NCBI GenBank assembly: GCA_017864995.1
Contig: GCA_017864995.1_4097.1
Length of the DNA stretch: 64,000 bases
From: a phage
Direction: 5' to 3' (one strand)
Position numbers and translations under genes: made by a program. The notes below the pieces were generated by a model, which was not told where the DNA came from, made no database searches, and worked only from the letters and a program-made list of their open reading frames with translations. The first letter of the stretch is position 1, and every line of letters begins with the position of its first letter. This document shows, one piece after another, positions 22,171 through 31,824 of the stretch.

Positions 22171-22629
22171 ATGGACGTATTAGCTACTCAATTCAAACGC
22201 AACGCAGAAGAACGTGAAGGTTACCTAAGTATCAGTGAAGTGGTTGAAGATGGATTCAAGCAGTACATTTTCAACAGTGCAATTAAACTGAAGCCAACAA
22301 AAGATTCACCGGATCGCAGCTTCACAAAGTGGATTGCATTCTGGGAAGAGTCACCAATTGCAATCGAAATGACTGTCATTACTACAGTACTGGAAACTGG
22401 TTACATCAAAGCAATTGTAGTTGATAAGAAAGTTCGTACTCTTGATGAAATCGGGACATATCCAGCACGTAACTCTAAAGTATTTGGGTGTTTAGTTGAT
22501 GGTAAGTTTATGATTGAAAAAGATGCTAAGAACTATGTAATTGATAAACTACAAACCAGTGCTACTAAACAGGAAGTCGTAGACCAGAACGCAGTGGATG
22601 CTATTAAAAAGGCATGGGGACTGAAATAA
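22171..22629 (+). CDS. hypothetical protein
   Basis: 152 aa ORF; SD GAGGA upstream. Confidence 0.65.
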   Translation: MDVLATQFKRNAEEREGYLSISEVVEDGFKQYIFNSAIKLKPTKDSPDRSFTKWIAFWEESPIAIEMTVITTVLETGYIKAIVVDKKVRTLDEIGTYPARNSKVFGCLVDGKFMIEKDAKNYVIDKLQTSATKQEVVDQNAVDAIKKAWGLK

Positions 22630-23051
22630 TGTTCACACTTAGCAATGCAAAGTATCTATTTCTTATTGCTATTATTGGTTGGGTTATGGCTCCAGTGCTT
22701 AATGCACTGGGGTTTCTAGACGGACATAAACTTGTAGATGTTTCAGGTGTAATCCAGGGCATTTCATGGTATTCATTGATTATATTTTCTATATGTATTC
22801 ATACATTTGCACGTGATTGCCGCCGTCTGCTTTTTGTTAAAGTATTCGGTACTAAGAGATATAGTTTTGTGTTTACATTTATTTTAATACCATGTATTAT
22901 CTATGCTTTTGTATTTGATTACTATACTTATCTGTGGGTGTGTGGTTCTATGTTTGTTATGTTGGAATATACAAGAACTGTTCAAAACTCATATGCTGAT
23001 GAGTATTATGATCTTGAAGTTAAACGAAAATTAACGGAGCTAAACAAATGA
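22614..23051 (+). CDS. polytopic membrane protein
   Basis: 145 aa ORF with 3-4 hydrophobic segments; start may be ATG 22629. Confidence 0.6.
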   Translation: MGTEIMFTLSNAKYLFLIAIIGWVMAPVLNALGFLDGHKLVDVSGVIQGISWYSLIIFSICIHTFARDCRRLLFVKVFGTKRYSFVFTFILIPCIIYAFVFDYYTYLWVCGSMFVMLEYTRTVQNSYADEYYDLEVKRKLTELNK

Positions 23052-23473
23052 GGGGATACAATAAGATTTGTATTTTTGTATTTTTAGTTTGTGCAATCAA
23101 TACATTTGGATATTACTGTACTGAAAACAACATTTCATATGGTTTAAATCCTTTGTGGTTTACAATTGCCAATGTAGCACAAATTGGTATTGCTGTTATG
23201 TCTGCACTTATGTTCTGTCCAATTGTCACTATGGATACTGATCATGAAAGGCTTGGATTTATCCGTGATACTGGAGACGAACCTTACAGTAGATTGATTG
23301 TGTTGTATCCATTTATTGTTATTTTAGGTACTAACATCCAACTTGGGTCTTTATCTAATAGTGTTACTTCAGCAGCCATTACAGTCTTTGCATTCACATT
23401 TTTTATGGTACACAAATCAGTACTCAAATGGCACATCACCAAAATGGCAGAGAAAGGTACGGAAAACAGTTGA
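23048..23473 (+). CDS. polytopic membrane protein
   Basis: 141 aa ORF with several hydrophobic segments; ATGA overlap. Confidence 0.6.
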   Translation: MRGYNKICIFVFLVCAINTFGYYCTENNISYGLNPLWFTIANVAQIGIAVMSALMFCPIVTMDTDHERLGFIRDTGDEPYSRLIVLYPFIVILGTNIQLGSLSNSVTSAAITVFAFTFFMVHKSVLKWHITKMAEKGTENS

Positions 23474-23532
23474 CGTGAGTTATTGAGTCATATATAATTA
23501 TTACATCAAAACTGGGAAATGGTAAGGAACTT

Positions 23533-23784
23533 ATGAACATCGATAAGGTCAAAGAACTTAGTGAAGCACTAATTAAGAACGAAGAAGCTTGTGAAGAACT
23601 TCGCAGTACTATCAAAGTTGAGTACGCACGTCTTCAAGCTATGCTTCAGGAATCCGAATGGGTTGTAACTAAATCCATCGAAGCTATCTATAAGGATATC
23701 GAATCCCTTTTCAATAAGAAAAGTAAGTTTGAATCTGATTCATATAACAAGCGTAAAGAATTGAATTCAGTACTCGGTATCTAA
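23533..23784 (+). CDS. hypothetical protein
   Basis: 83 aa ORF. Confidence 0.6.
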   Translation: MNIDKVKELSEALIKNEEACEELRSTIKVEYARLQAMLQESEWVVTKSIEAIYKDIESLFNKKSKFESDSYNKRKELNSVLGI

Positions 23785-23858
23785 AAGTATTTGACTTAAC
23801 CAATAACATGGAGTACAATGTGCTCCTACTTTAATCAAAATCCTAAAAGGAAAACATT

Positions 23859-24119
23859 ATGAAATCTATCCTCGTTGCTGTAAACCTGGTTGCTTCCCCA
23901 TCTTTCAACTTCAAACAAGTTGTTGCTGATAATCTGAAGAACATTTGCCCTAACGCTGAATTGACTTTCTGTGTGTTTGATTCAGAAAAAGTAACAACTG
24001 TTGATCTAAACTATCTTTTGAACGAAGTACAAAGTATTTCTGGTGAAAGTAATTTGGAAGTACTGAACTCCGTTGCTGATGACTATGATGATACACTTGT
24101 AATTTCGGAGAAATTCTAA
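23859..24119 (+). CDS. hypothetical protein
   Basis: 86 aa ORF; SD AAAGGAAA upstream. Confidence 0.6.
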   Translation: MKSILVAVNLVASPSFNFKQVVADNLKNICPNAELTFCVFDSEKVTTVDLNYLLNEVQSISGESNLEVLNSVADDYDDTLVISEKF

Positions 24120-24124
24120 ATCCA

Positions 24125-24544
24125 ATGCTTAGATTTATACATTACTTAATCAGTAAGGTTTTTGGGTATCAAACTGTGGAGGACAAGGCTAATCTAGCAC
24201 ACAAAATCTTCACAGCTTTGTGTTCTGGTGATTATCCTGTATTGAATAAGTACTGTAAATCTAAAGCATGTATTGACATAATGGCACTTCGTATATATGA
24301 GTGCCAGTTCAATAGATACAATTTTTACCAGTACAGATATGATAAAGATGATTTTGATAGCATTGTAATGCTAAAGAATTTATGTAATAATAAAAAGAAT
24401 ATTCATATATCTGAATTTGTTGCATTGTATTTTTATTTAAAAAGTTCATTGTATATGAATTCAATGCAACGATTTGATACTAGAATTAATGTATTCAACG
24501 ATAAAGAATTTTATATCTATGATAAATTTTTAGATAAGGTTTAA
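24125..24544 (+). CDS. hypothetical protein
   Basis: 139 aa ORF. Confidence 0.55.
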   Translation: MLRFIHYLISKVFGYQTVEDKANLAHKIFTALCSGDYPVLNKYCKSKACIDIMALRIYECQFNRYNFYQYRYDKDDFDSIVMLKNLCNNKKNIHISEFVALYFYLKSSLYMNSMQRFDTRINVFNDKEFYIYDKFLDKV

Positions 24545-24545
24545 T

Positions 24546-25043
24546 ATGACGACTGTTTATATTGATAAACGCTTGGGAGTATTACTTACTGATTCAAAAG
24601 TGACATCAACTGAGCAACGTTCATTTTTGAACCTATTCCCGTTGAAGCCAAAACTTAGTTATGGTGTAGTTTCACAAAAAACATTGTATGTACACGACCG
24701 ACTGTTTAGTGCTTGCGGTGAAGTTAGTGAAATTAACAAAGTACTGAGATACTTGATTTCACAAGAGACTGTGATACCAGACCGCAAGGCGAGTTGTCAC
24801 TGTGTTCTTGTGTCAAAAGATTACATCATTCACTTAATCGTTAATAAGGGTAAGTTTACCAAGAAGATTGATTATCTCCATAATGATTATACATTCTTTA
24901 TGGGTAGTGGTGGTGAATACATGCTTGATGCAGCAGTACATGAAGAGTATAATACTCTTCTTGATAAGGTATTTGATACCTTCATGGATGTTCATAACCA
25001 TGATATCTATACCGATGATAATATTAATGTATACCGTTTTTGA
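24546..25043 (+). CDS. hypothetical protein
   Basis: 165 aa ORF. Confidence 0.6.
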   Translation: MTTVYIDKRLGVLLTDSKVTSTEQRSFLNLFPLKPKLSYGVVSQKTLYVHDRLFSACGEVSEINKVLRYLISQETVIPDRKASCHCVLVSKDYIIHLIVNKGKFTKKIDYLHNDYTFFMGSGGEYMLDAAVHEEYNTLLDKVFDTFMDVHNHDIYTDDNINVYRF

Positions 25044-25065
25044 TTTCATTCATTAGGAGAAGTAA

Positions 25066-26031
25066 GTGAAAAAGCTTGATTTAAATGCAATTTCTGAAGA
25101 AGTACTGGATGAGTGTTTTGCTAGTGAAGAAGTCAACGTATTAGAGGCTCTTGATTCCGTCGAAGAAGAAGAACATGACGGTCACAAGTTTGAGAAACCA
25201 AAAACAGGTATCAGCTTAACTCGCCCTAAAGGGATAACGAATGAAATGCTCATCCAAGCAGTGCGTGATGGTATTGACGTTGAAAAGAACATTGACCTTT
25301 TGGTTCGCTACAACTATCCAATGGTAGTAAGTGTTGCACGTAAGTGTACATGTTTTATCCCATTTGAAGATAAGATTTCTTATGGTGTTGAAGGTTTAAT
25401 GCGAGCAATTCATACGTTCGACACTACCAAAAATGTTAAGTTCATTACATATGCAACAACAACTGTGTACATGACAATCTATAACGAAAGTGCAGATGCT
25501 AATTATCTAGTGCATTTCCCACGTTATATGAGTGTTAATAACATTTATGTGAAACGTTGTGTAGAAGAGTATCAAAGGAAACATGGTAAATACCCAACTC
25601 CTGAGATGGTGTCAAAAGAGACTGGTATTGAGATTCAACACGTTAAGAATTGTCTAACTTACAGTAACACTTATGTAGCATTGAATATGAAAATGAGTAA
25701 TGATTCAGAAAGTACATTATCTGACATTGTTACTTCAGTTGAACCTGATTACAACTTAGGCGTAGAAACTGTCAGTACCCCACTGGTACAAAGTATTGCA
25801 GAAATGATGAGTAACCTATCTGCCAAAGACCGTGAATTGATTGAACGTGTACATGGTATTGGTTCTTATTCTGAACCCGAAACGCTACGAGAAATCATTG
25901 AGAGTGGTTTTGAAGATGAGAAGGGTAAGGTCATGACTGCTCGTTCTTCATTGCACCGTAAGTACTCTGAAGCAATGGAACGACTGCGTAAGATGGTTAA
26001 GACAAAAGGTTATGAGTTCGAAGATTTTTAA
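25066..26031 (+). CDS. RNA polymerase sigma factor, sigma-70 family (phage-encoded)
   Basis: Region-2-like LVRYNYPMVVSVARKC...GVEGLMRAIHTFDTTKNVKFITYATTTV and region-4-like LIERVHGIGSYSEPETLREI; GTG start with GGAGAAG SD. Confidence 0.7.
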   Translation: MKKLDLNAISEEVLDECFASEEVNVLEALDSVEEEEHDGHKFEKPKTGISLTRPKGITNEMLIQAVRDGIDVEKNIDLLVRYNYPMVVSVARKCTCFIPFEDKISYGVEGLMRAIHTFDTTKNVKFITYATTTVYMTIYNESADANYLVHFPRYMSVNNIYVKRCVEEYQRKHGKYPTPEMVSKETGIEIQHVKNCLTYSNTYVALNMKMSNDSESTLSDIVTSVEPDYNLGVETVSTPLVQSIAEMMSNLSAKDRELIERVHGIGSYSEPETLREIIESGFEDEKGKVMTARSSLHRKYSEAMERLRKMVKTKGYEFEDF

Positions 26032-26038
26032 GATTAAA

Positions 26039-26065
26039 GGGTTGACTTCGGTCAACCCTTTTTTT
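26039..26065 (+). terminator. rho-independent terminator (PeSL-type hairpin without -10 box)
   Basis: gggttgac-TTCG-gtcaaccc followed by TTTTTTT; same hairpin as the terminator-promoter cassettes downstream. Confidence 0.7.
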
Positions 26066-26599
26066 ATGGGACAAATTTATTAATGGTGATACAATGATCT
26101 ATGTACAATCACAATGACAGTACTGGTACTGACAATCTTCCCCTACTTCACTTGAAAATGTAAAGGATAGATGAGCTTTTCATTGTAGCGAACAGCAAAA
26201 GAAACCCGTTAGATGTGGGCATAGTTTGAACCCCTCACGGCAATGCGGCTGTATAAAGAACCACGTTAGGATAGCTGGTGGTTCCTCGATAGACATATAA
26301 GGATAACACCTTACGAATTATCTAAGGGAGAGTTATCGAATTTTGTACAGGAAAGTTGCGTCCAAAATTTGAGTACTCACATTAAGTATTTGATTGCATA
26401 GATACTTAATGAAGATACACTATGTTTAAAAGTGTAGACCGTCATATGAAACTGAAGTAGAGAGAAACAGGATGACCCGCTTTCGCACTCGTTATGAGTA
26501 ATCTTCAATGCAATAGCTCTGATACCATCAGCGTCAAATTTCCCTCCGTGCGGGGGGAAGAAAAATCCCTTCCTCAAATCCCGTCAATATTAAAAGTCC
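26066..26599 (+). other. ORF-free island, candidate structured RNA
   Basis: About 530 bp with no plausible ORF on either strand in an otherwise gene-dense region; more GC-rich by eye, many local inverted repeats. Confidence 0.3.
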
Positions 26600-26628
26600 T
26601 TGACAGTTATGATTCATTCGCGTAGAAT
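26600..26628 (+). promoter_or_regulatory. sigma70-type promoter (TTGACA-17-TAGAAT)
   Basis: TTGACA at 26600 and TAGAAT at 26623. Confidence 0.5.
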
Positions 26629-26692
26629 ACGTAGTATTAGAAGCGAACAGACATCTCGAAGAGATGGATGATTAACCATCGAGGAATATCTA

Positions 26693-26902
26693 ATGAATTC
26701 AGTAATCTTTTTAATTATTGCTCTTTCACCACAATCTGGCGTACAAATCACCCCAATGAATTCAATGAATCAATGCATTGCAGTACGTGACAGTACGTAT
26801 GAACAAGTAAACAGCGTTTCACTTAGAACAGTTGGTGAAGAATTAATGTGGTGTTACAATAGTAATACTAAAGAAAAACTAATTGTTGGACAAACAGAAT
26901 GA
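26693..26902 (+). CDS. small secreted/membrane protein
   Basis: 69 aa ORF with N-terminal hydrophobic segment; SD GAGGAA upstream. Confidence 0.5.
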   Translation: MNSVIFLIIALSPQSGVQITPMNSMNQCIAVRDSTYEQVNSVSLRTVGEELMWCYNSNTKEKLIVGQTE

Positions 26903-27129
26903 GTTATGGTGTTCGTTTTGAGATTCGTTCTATTGTTATCAATGACGAGAAACAAGCATCGTTGGATGGCGATATACGAGAACTATATCTATCATGTATC
27001 CGTGCAAAATCTGAAGCAGATGTCTTAGTACAAATGTATAGTTTTAACTTTTCAAATGGATTCTATTTGGTACGAGTTATTGAAGTGAAAAAAGTACTTA
27101 TTGGTTGTAGCATAGAAGGATTAATGTAA
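26899..27129 (+). CDS. hypothetical protein
   Basis: 76 aa ORF; ATGA overlap. Confidence 0.5.
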   Translation: MSYGVRFEIRSIVINDEKQASLDGDIRELYLSCIRAKSEADVLVQMYSFNFSNGFYLVRVIEVKKVLIGCSIEGLM

Positions 27130-27130
27130 A

Positions 27131-27925
27131 ATGAGCACTATAGATGAATTGATTCGCCGGAATTCAAAATACTACGACCCATCAGAAATTGTCGGCAACA
27201 TTACTAAATCTGAGTTCGGCCCAAATACTCGAAAACTCATTCATGTAATGTCACGTGATGGCTTTAAATGTGATTGTTGTGGTGAATCCAATGTGGTATT
27301 CACTTTACATAAGCACAGTACTAAAGACCGTTATAAATTCAGACCTTATGTACTTAAAGGGAAACGCCTTGTACGCATGACGTTAGACCATAATGTACTG
27401 GACTGTCTTCAGGGCGGTAATGATAAAGAGAACATGACCGCATTGTGTGAGGATTGTAACGCATTACGCCAGCATAAGTTTGCTGAGTACAGTGAGTTTA
27501 AGCACTGGTATCATAACGCTGATCGTTCTATCGAGCCTGACGTTAACTACTGCTTCATTGAGTATATTAAGAATGCTAAAGATACGTACATTCTTAAATC
27601 AATGTCACCTATTACAGTGTTCCCTGAGAATCTATTCAGTACTATGCAGCGTGATTTTAAACGTGGTATCATTAATGCATTCAAACATTTAGACAAAGGT
27701 ATCAAGCACTTTGAGGTGCAATGCTTAAATGAAGGAATGAATCGTTTAGTACAAATTTACATGAAATCATTTATAGGTGTTGACACCGCACGTCTACCAG
27801 TATATAATTACTTTATTGAAAGCGAAGAAGGTGAATCACTTCGTGATTATGGTGAAAGATTTAATAATAAAGTTTTCACTGCAATCGCAAACGAGATTCA
27901 TTACTATAAACCATATGTAATTTAA
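27131..27925 (+). CDS. HNH endonuclease-like protein (possible homing endonuclease)
   Basis: CDCCGES ... LDHNVLDCLQGGNDKENMTALCEDCNALRQH fits the HNH beta-beta-alpha metal finger. Confidence 0.65.
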   Translation: MSTIDELIRRNSKYYDPSEIVGNITKSEFGPNTRKLIHVMSRDGFKCDCCGESNVVFTLHKHSTKDRYKFRPYVLKGKRLVRMTLDHNVLDCLQGGNDKENMTALCEDCNALRQHKFAEYSEFKHWYHNADRSIEPDVNYCFIEYIKNAKDTYILKSMSPITVFPENLFSTMQRDFKRGIINAFKHLDKGIKHFEVQCLNEGMNRLVQIYMKSFIGVDTARLPVYNYFIESEEGESLRDYGERFNNKVFTAIANEIHYYKPYVI

Positions 27926-27939
27926 TTAGAGGATATATC

Positions 27940-28122
27940 ATGCAAAACATCATTCTTATCGTAGGTATCATTCTTGGTGTATATGGTCACTCCTGGATGA
28001 ACGAGAAGTTCCCTAATACCCGTCCTGAGTATTGCAGTACTAATGTATTCCAGAATGGTGAGAAACCAAAGGATAGTATTGGTAAGAAACTGGACAAAGT
28101 ACTTGACGTAATCAACGAATAA
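27940..28122 (+). CDS. small membrane protein
   Basis: 60 aa ORF with N-terminal TM segment. Confidence 0.5.
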   Translation: MQNIILIVGIILGVYGHSWMNEKFPNTRPEYCSTNVFQNGEKPKDSIGKKLDKVLDVINE

Positions 28123-28131
28123 GGGTAAAGT

Positions 28132-28332
28132 ATGTTTAAATCAAATACAAATGTTGGTAAGAAGGTTCAATTACTTGAGGATGTATCCACCTTGAGTGGA
28201 ATTTTCCCAAGAGGTCACATCATGACTATTATTGCCGAAACATCCCGTGGGTGGGATTTGGAAGATGCTGATGGTAATCGCATCCTTGAGGCTGGATTCT
28301 ATGGTCATCGTGAATATAAAATCATTGATTAA
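28132..28332 (+). CDS. hypothetical protein
   Basis: 66 aa ORF. Confidence 0.55.
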   Translation: MFKSNTNVGKKVQLLEDVSTLSGIFPRGHIMTIIAETSRGWDLEDADGNRILEAGFYGHREYKIID

Positions 28333-28341
28333 GGATGCAAC

Positions 28342-28425
28342 ATGACTTTAGAGATTGTCTTTGGTATTGTTAGCTTAGTCGTCTGTGTGGGTTGGTTTGG
28401 GTATCTGATGATTTTTGGTGATTAA
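28342..28425 (+). CDS. hypothetical 27-aa hydrophobic peptide
   Basis: Not in track; MTLEIVFGIVSLVVCVGWFGYLMIFGD; SD AAGGA upstream; weak. Confidence 0.25.
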   Translation: MTLEIVFGIVSLVVCVGWFGYLMIFGD

Positions 28426-28428
28426 TAC

Positions 28429-28456
28429 TTGACATAAGATATCAGTACTGTATAAT
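28429..28456 (+). promoter_or_regulatory. early promoter (TTGACA-16-TATAAT)
   Basis: ttgacataagatatcagtactgtataatgtttatatcaa. Confidence 0.6.
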
Positions 28457-28501
28457 GTTTATATCAAACGACACCCACTTTAACAAATAATAGGAAATAT
28501 T

Positions 28502-28780
28502 ATGTCTTTTACCAAAGAAGAACGTGACCTTATTAAAAAAGCAATCTGGTTTTATGCTAATGAAGGGGAGTGCGATGAAGAAAAAGCACGTGAACTGTGT
28601 AATATCCTTGAGCAGAAACAAGAACTGAAAGTTTATCGTATCCGTGTTTTGGATGACGGGGATCGTATTGTCCTAGCTGAAACAAAAGAAGAAGCAGAAC
28701 AAATCTTCACTGATAAAAACGAAAATCCACATTGGATGGAAGAAGTCTGTGAAGTAAAAAAAGGTACTTATATCGATTGA
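28502..28780 (+). CDS. hypothetical protein
   Basis: 92 aa ORF; stop TGA inside TTGACT of downstream promoter. Confidence 0.6.
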   Translation: MSFTKEERDLIKKAIWFYANEGECDEEKARELCNILEQKQELKVYRIRVLDDGDRIVLAETKEEAEQIFTDKNENPHWMEEVCEVKKGTYID

Positions 28781-28805
28781 CTGTACTGAATAATAGCAGT
28801 ATAAT
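28777..28805 (+). promoter_or_regulatory. early promoter (TTGACT-17-TATAAT)
   Basis: ttgactgtactgaataatagcagtataatgtttatatcaa. Confidence 0.6.
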
Positions 28806-28898
28806 GTTTATATCAAAGGGAATGCAGTGAAAGGAAAGACAGCATAATCGTACTCGTCACTGCGTTTCCACCCTTTTAAATTAAATGAGGAATTAACT

Positions 28899-29207
28899 AT
28901 GTTTCAAACTAACACTCAAGGTTTTGTAATCATCGATTTGAATCAAAACAGCGGTTATTGGATGAAACCTACTGACGCATGTATGCAGTTTGATTTTTTA
29001 GGTTACAGGATTAGTGTAAGTACTGGTGCTTCTGTACTGCGTGGTGGTTGTATCGTTGAACATCTGGTAACTGATCCAGAAGGTCGTGAGTATGAAATCG
29101 CAGGTTCAGTACAAGATGCCATTATGTTTGTATGTCAGCGTGAAATGAATAGTTCGAATTCAAATGCACTGACTCATGCTCTTTCTCAAGAAGTGGAGGT
29201 TCGTTAA
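28899..29207 (+). CDS. hypothetical protein
   Basis: 102 aa ORF; SD GAGGAA upstream. Confidence 0.6.
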   Translation: MFQTNTQGFVIIDLNQNSGYWMKPTDACMQFDFLGYRISVSTGASVLRGGCIVEHLVTDPEGREYEIAGSVQDAIMFVCQREMNSSNSNALTHALSQEVEVR

Positions 29208-29458
29208 TGAAATATATCGTAGCAGTACTCGTTGCATTTTTACTCACTGCATGTGACGCTTCAACAAAAGAACGCACAAGTGATTTTATTCTCCCTATTG
29301 AATTACAAGAAGCAGGATGTAAGATTTATCGTATGCAAAAGGACGGTGCTGGTGTAACCTTGTATACAGTTTATTGCCCTAATGCAAATACCAGTACTGG
29401 ATACAGCAGCGGTAAAACACGAATCAATACTTCAGTGATTAATGGAGTACAACAATGA
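29207..29458 (+). CDS. putative lipoprotein
   Basis: N-terminus MKYIVAVLVAFLLTAC with lipobox-like LTAC. Confidence 0.6.
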   Translation: MKYIVAVLVAFLLTACDASTKERTSDFILPIELQEAGCKIYRMQKDGAGVTLYTVYCPNANTSTGYSSGKTRINTSVINGVQQ

Positions 29459-29823
29459 GCCTTGATACAACCCGTGCAACAGATTTATTAACTCGTATGA
29501 ATAATGAAGAATTTCTTGCTGAAATAAAGTACAAGCTTGAAAAACTGGCACGAAGTGCTGAAGTAATTGAAGTTGAAGGTCACTTACCAATGGACCAATT
29601 CCATACGTTCAACGAAGATATGGTTTATTATCCAAATGAAATTTGGATTGAGTGGGAGTCATGGACTAACAAAACTCTACGCATTGAAGGTTATTGTGTG
29701 AATTATGAATCTGAACCTGGTGATGTTACAAAAACTCTCTCCATTTGGTGTACAAAAACACATGAACTCGTTGAGGTGAATTTGAATTATATGAAAGGTT
29801 TCCGTTGGGGTGATGTTCAATGA
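29455..29823 (+). CDS. hypothetical protein
   Basis: 122 aa ORF; ATGA overlap. Confidence 0.6.
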   Translation: MSLDTTRATDLLTRMNNEEFLAEIKYKLEKLARSAEVIEVEGHLPMDQFHTFNEDMVYYPNEIWIEWESWTNKTLRIEGYCVNYESEPGDVTKTLSIWCTKTHELVEVNLNYMKGFRWGDVQ

Positions 29824-30095
29824 TTAAAAAACTATTGACAGTTGTCTTTGTATTCTGTACAATGTTTCTTACAGCATGTAATGATGACGGCAGGTTTAGT
29901 GCAAAAGACTTAGTTCGTCAGGATTGTACATTCACAGGTAAGTCTTTTATTAACGAGTATGAGGTATGTACACAATCAGGCCGTATCTGTGGTGGTTGGG
30001 AAAAACGTCAGGAGAGATTGTATGTATATGAATGCCCTGGACATCTCAACAAAGTACTAAGCACACACAAACTTGTTTATGATAAGGTTGAATAA
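29820..30095 (+). CDS. putative lipoprotein (Cys-rich)
   Basis: N-terminus MIKKLLTVVFVFCTMFLTACNDD with lipobox-like LTAC. Confidence 0.6.
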   Translation: MIKKLLTVVFVFCTMFLTACNDDGRFSAKDLVRQDCTFTGKSFINEYEVCTQSGRICGGWEKRQERLYVYECPGHLNKVLSTHKLVYDKVE

Positions 30096-30310
30096 TGACT
30101 ACCAATGAAATGATGCAGGTTATTTGGGATAAAGGTTGTGATATTAAAATCACTAGTACTGATGTTCGTGTATTCAAAACTGAATATATGGAGTACTTGG
30201 ACCTTGATACTTATAATAATATTGTATCAATTGAACACAAAGGTGCAGTACTGGAAACAATTGACGTAGTACTGAAGAAAGCTACCGACCTATTAGGAGC
30301 GGCAGTGTGA
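30095..30310 (+). CDS. hypothetical protein
   Basis: 71 aa ORF; TAATG overlap. Confidence 0.55.
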   Translation: MTTNEMMQVIWDKGCDIKITSTDVRVFKTEYMEYLDLDTYNNIVSIEHKGAVLETIDVVLKKATDLLGAAV

Positions 30311-30453
30311 ATAACAAAGAGTGGGAAGAGTACCGTAAGAAGTGCAGGGAGTTTGATAAAGAACTAACTGGTACAGTGAATGCAGTAATGTGGGTATCTG
30401 TAATTATTGCAGTTCTTGCGTTGGGTGCTATTATTATTAATAAATTATTCTAA
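30307..30453 (+). CDS. hypothetical small C-tail-anchored membrane protein (48 aa)
   Basis: Not in track; GTG start overlapping upstream stop, AGGAG SD; C-terminal hydrophobic segment; weak. Confidence 0.35.
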   Translation: MNNKEWEEYRKKCREFDKELTGTVNAVMWVSVIIAVLALGAIIINKLF

Positions 30454-30463
30454 GGCGAATATC

Positions 30464-30664
30464 ATGTTTACTTTATATCTCGCAGTAGTTCTCACCAATG
30501 GTGAAATCACTCGTACTATTGGTGAAGGTGTATATAAAACACCAGACCAGTGCTACTCTGCTACTCATTGGCCTCGCGATAGTGGGGATGAAACTCGCAC
30601 TGAATTCAAATGCATGAAAGTAAAAGGTGATTTTGTTAACCTTAAGGTTATCGAGGCGAAATAA
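30464..30664 (+). CDS. hypothetical protein
   Basis: Track ORF 30407 trimmed to ATG 30464. Confidence 0.5.
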   Translation: MFTLYLAVVLTNGEITRTIGEGVYKTPDQCYSATHWPRDSGDETRTEFKCMKVKGDFVNLKVIEAK

Positions 30665-31179
30665 TGGATATTAATGAGTTGTTGATCTTATTGTTTAATC
30701 GTGGAAATGATGTAAGACGTTCTGAATATCAAGACAAAATTCACATTGAAACTGATAAATGTTATGGTAAAACAACTCATGAGATTTTGAAGCCAAATGG
30801 CAAACGATATGCCGATGTATGTTTTCATGAACGAAGTGATGGTAGTGAAATAATCAGTACTGAAATTGTGTTTTATGATAGATCCTCGGCAGGATCGTAT
30901 GAAATAGAACTTATATATTGCCCTGGTTCAGAAACACACAATAAACGTCAGATATTATATGATGTTTATTCACCTCCAGGTGTAGCTGAATATTTTGTTA
31001 TTGATTACAGTACTGAAGAAAGTGTGTTTCAACAGAGCTTGATTCATAACTTCCAGTTGAATGATCCAAATGTACCAAAGTTGTTCAAACTACTCGATAC
31101 TATCGATGTTGATTTTGAATTTGTTATGTGCATTAGAACTTCCTTGATCGATGAATTTATGGAACTACTTAATATATGA
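30664..31179 (+). CDS. hypothetical protein, F-Q motif family
   Basis: 171 aa ORF; contains TEESVFQQSLIHNF. Confidence 0.65.
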   Translation: MDINELLILLFNRGNDVRRSEYQDKIHIETDKCYGKTTHEILKPNGKRYADVCFHERSDGSEIISTEIVFYDRSSAGSYEIELIYCPGSETHNKRQILYDVYSPPGVAEYFVIDYSTEESVFQQSLIHNFQLNDPNVPKLFKLLDTIDVDFEFVMCIRTSLIDEFMELLNI

Positions 31180-31397
31180 ATCGTTACTACATTGTGTATG
31201 AGCATGTATCTGAGTTTAATAATGTACGTGGTTATAAGAAAGAAGTACAGAAGATTGATGTATTTGTTCGTGCATTAAGTCCAACACATGCACTATTTAA
31301 ATTGTTTGATGAAGTAACTAAGTACAACACACCAAAAACACAACGCTATATTGAAACAGTACATAGTGTAATACTCACTGAATATGATGGAGAATGA
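31176..31397 (+). CDS. hypothetical protein
   Basis: 73 aa ORF; ATGA overlap. Confidence 0.55.
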   Translation: MNRYYIVYEHVSEFNNVRGYKKEVQKIDVFVRALSPTHALFKLFDEVTKYNTPKTQRYIETVHSVILTEYDGE

Positions 31398-31400
31398 CAA

Positions 31401-31619
31401 ATGAATTTATATCTAGTTGAAGGGTCAGTACAAGTATCCAAGCAAGACGGAGAAGGGTATCGTTTTTCACATGTAGAATATTTTAAGTACGTAGTAAAGG
31501 CCGATGGTCAGTACGACGCAGAAATTCAGGTTGAAGAATCATTCCGTAAGAAGAATGATATTGGTAAATTTGAATACCAAGACTTACAATTCACTGTATG
31601 GCCTAGCATTAATGACTAA
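31401..31619 (+). CDS. hypothetical protein
   Basis: 72 aa ORF. Confidence 0.55.
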   Translation: MNLYLVEGSVQVSKQDGEGYRFSHVEYFKYVVKADGQYDAEIQVEESFRKKNDIGKFEYQDLQFTVWPSIND

Positions 31620-31620
31620 G

Positions 31621-31824
31621 ATGTGGTGGTGTCATGGTGTCTACAATGTCTATGAATATGGTAGATTCAAAATGAGCAGCACCTATGCCAGACGTGTTAA
31701 TGCGAAAAACCAAGTTGATGCTGCTTGTGAGATTGTAGAGTGGTATGCAGAGTTCAATGCAATTGATTTTATGTACGAAATAGTTACAATAAATGTTGTA
31801 CAAATTGACACGTCTTTGATATAA
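31621..31824 (+). CDS. hypothetical protein
   Basis: Track ORF 31504 trimmed to ATG 31621 just after upstream stop; no clear SD. Confidence 0.4.
   Translation: MWWCHGVYNVYEYGRFKMSSTYARRVNAKNQVDAACEIVEWYAEFNAIDFMYEIVTINVVQIDTSLI

Noticed and set aside
26066-26599. Group I intron or retron in the ORF-free island
   Set aside because: The upstream gene ends with its own stop and terminator so no split host gene is visible, there is no reverse transcriptase nearby, and I could not identify core group I elements by eye.
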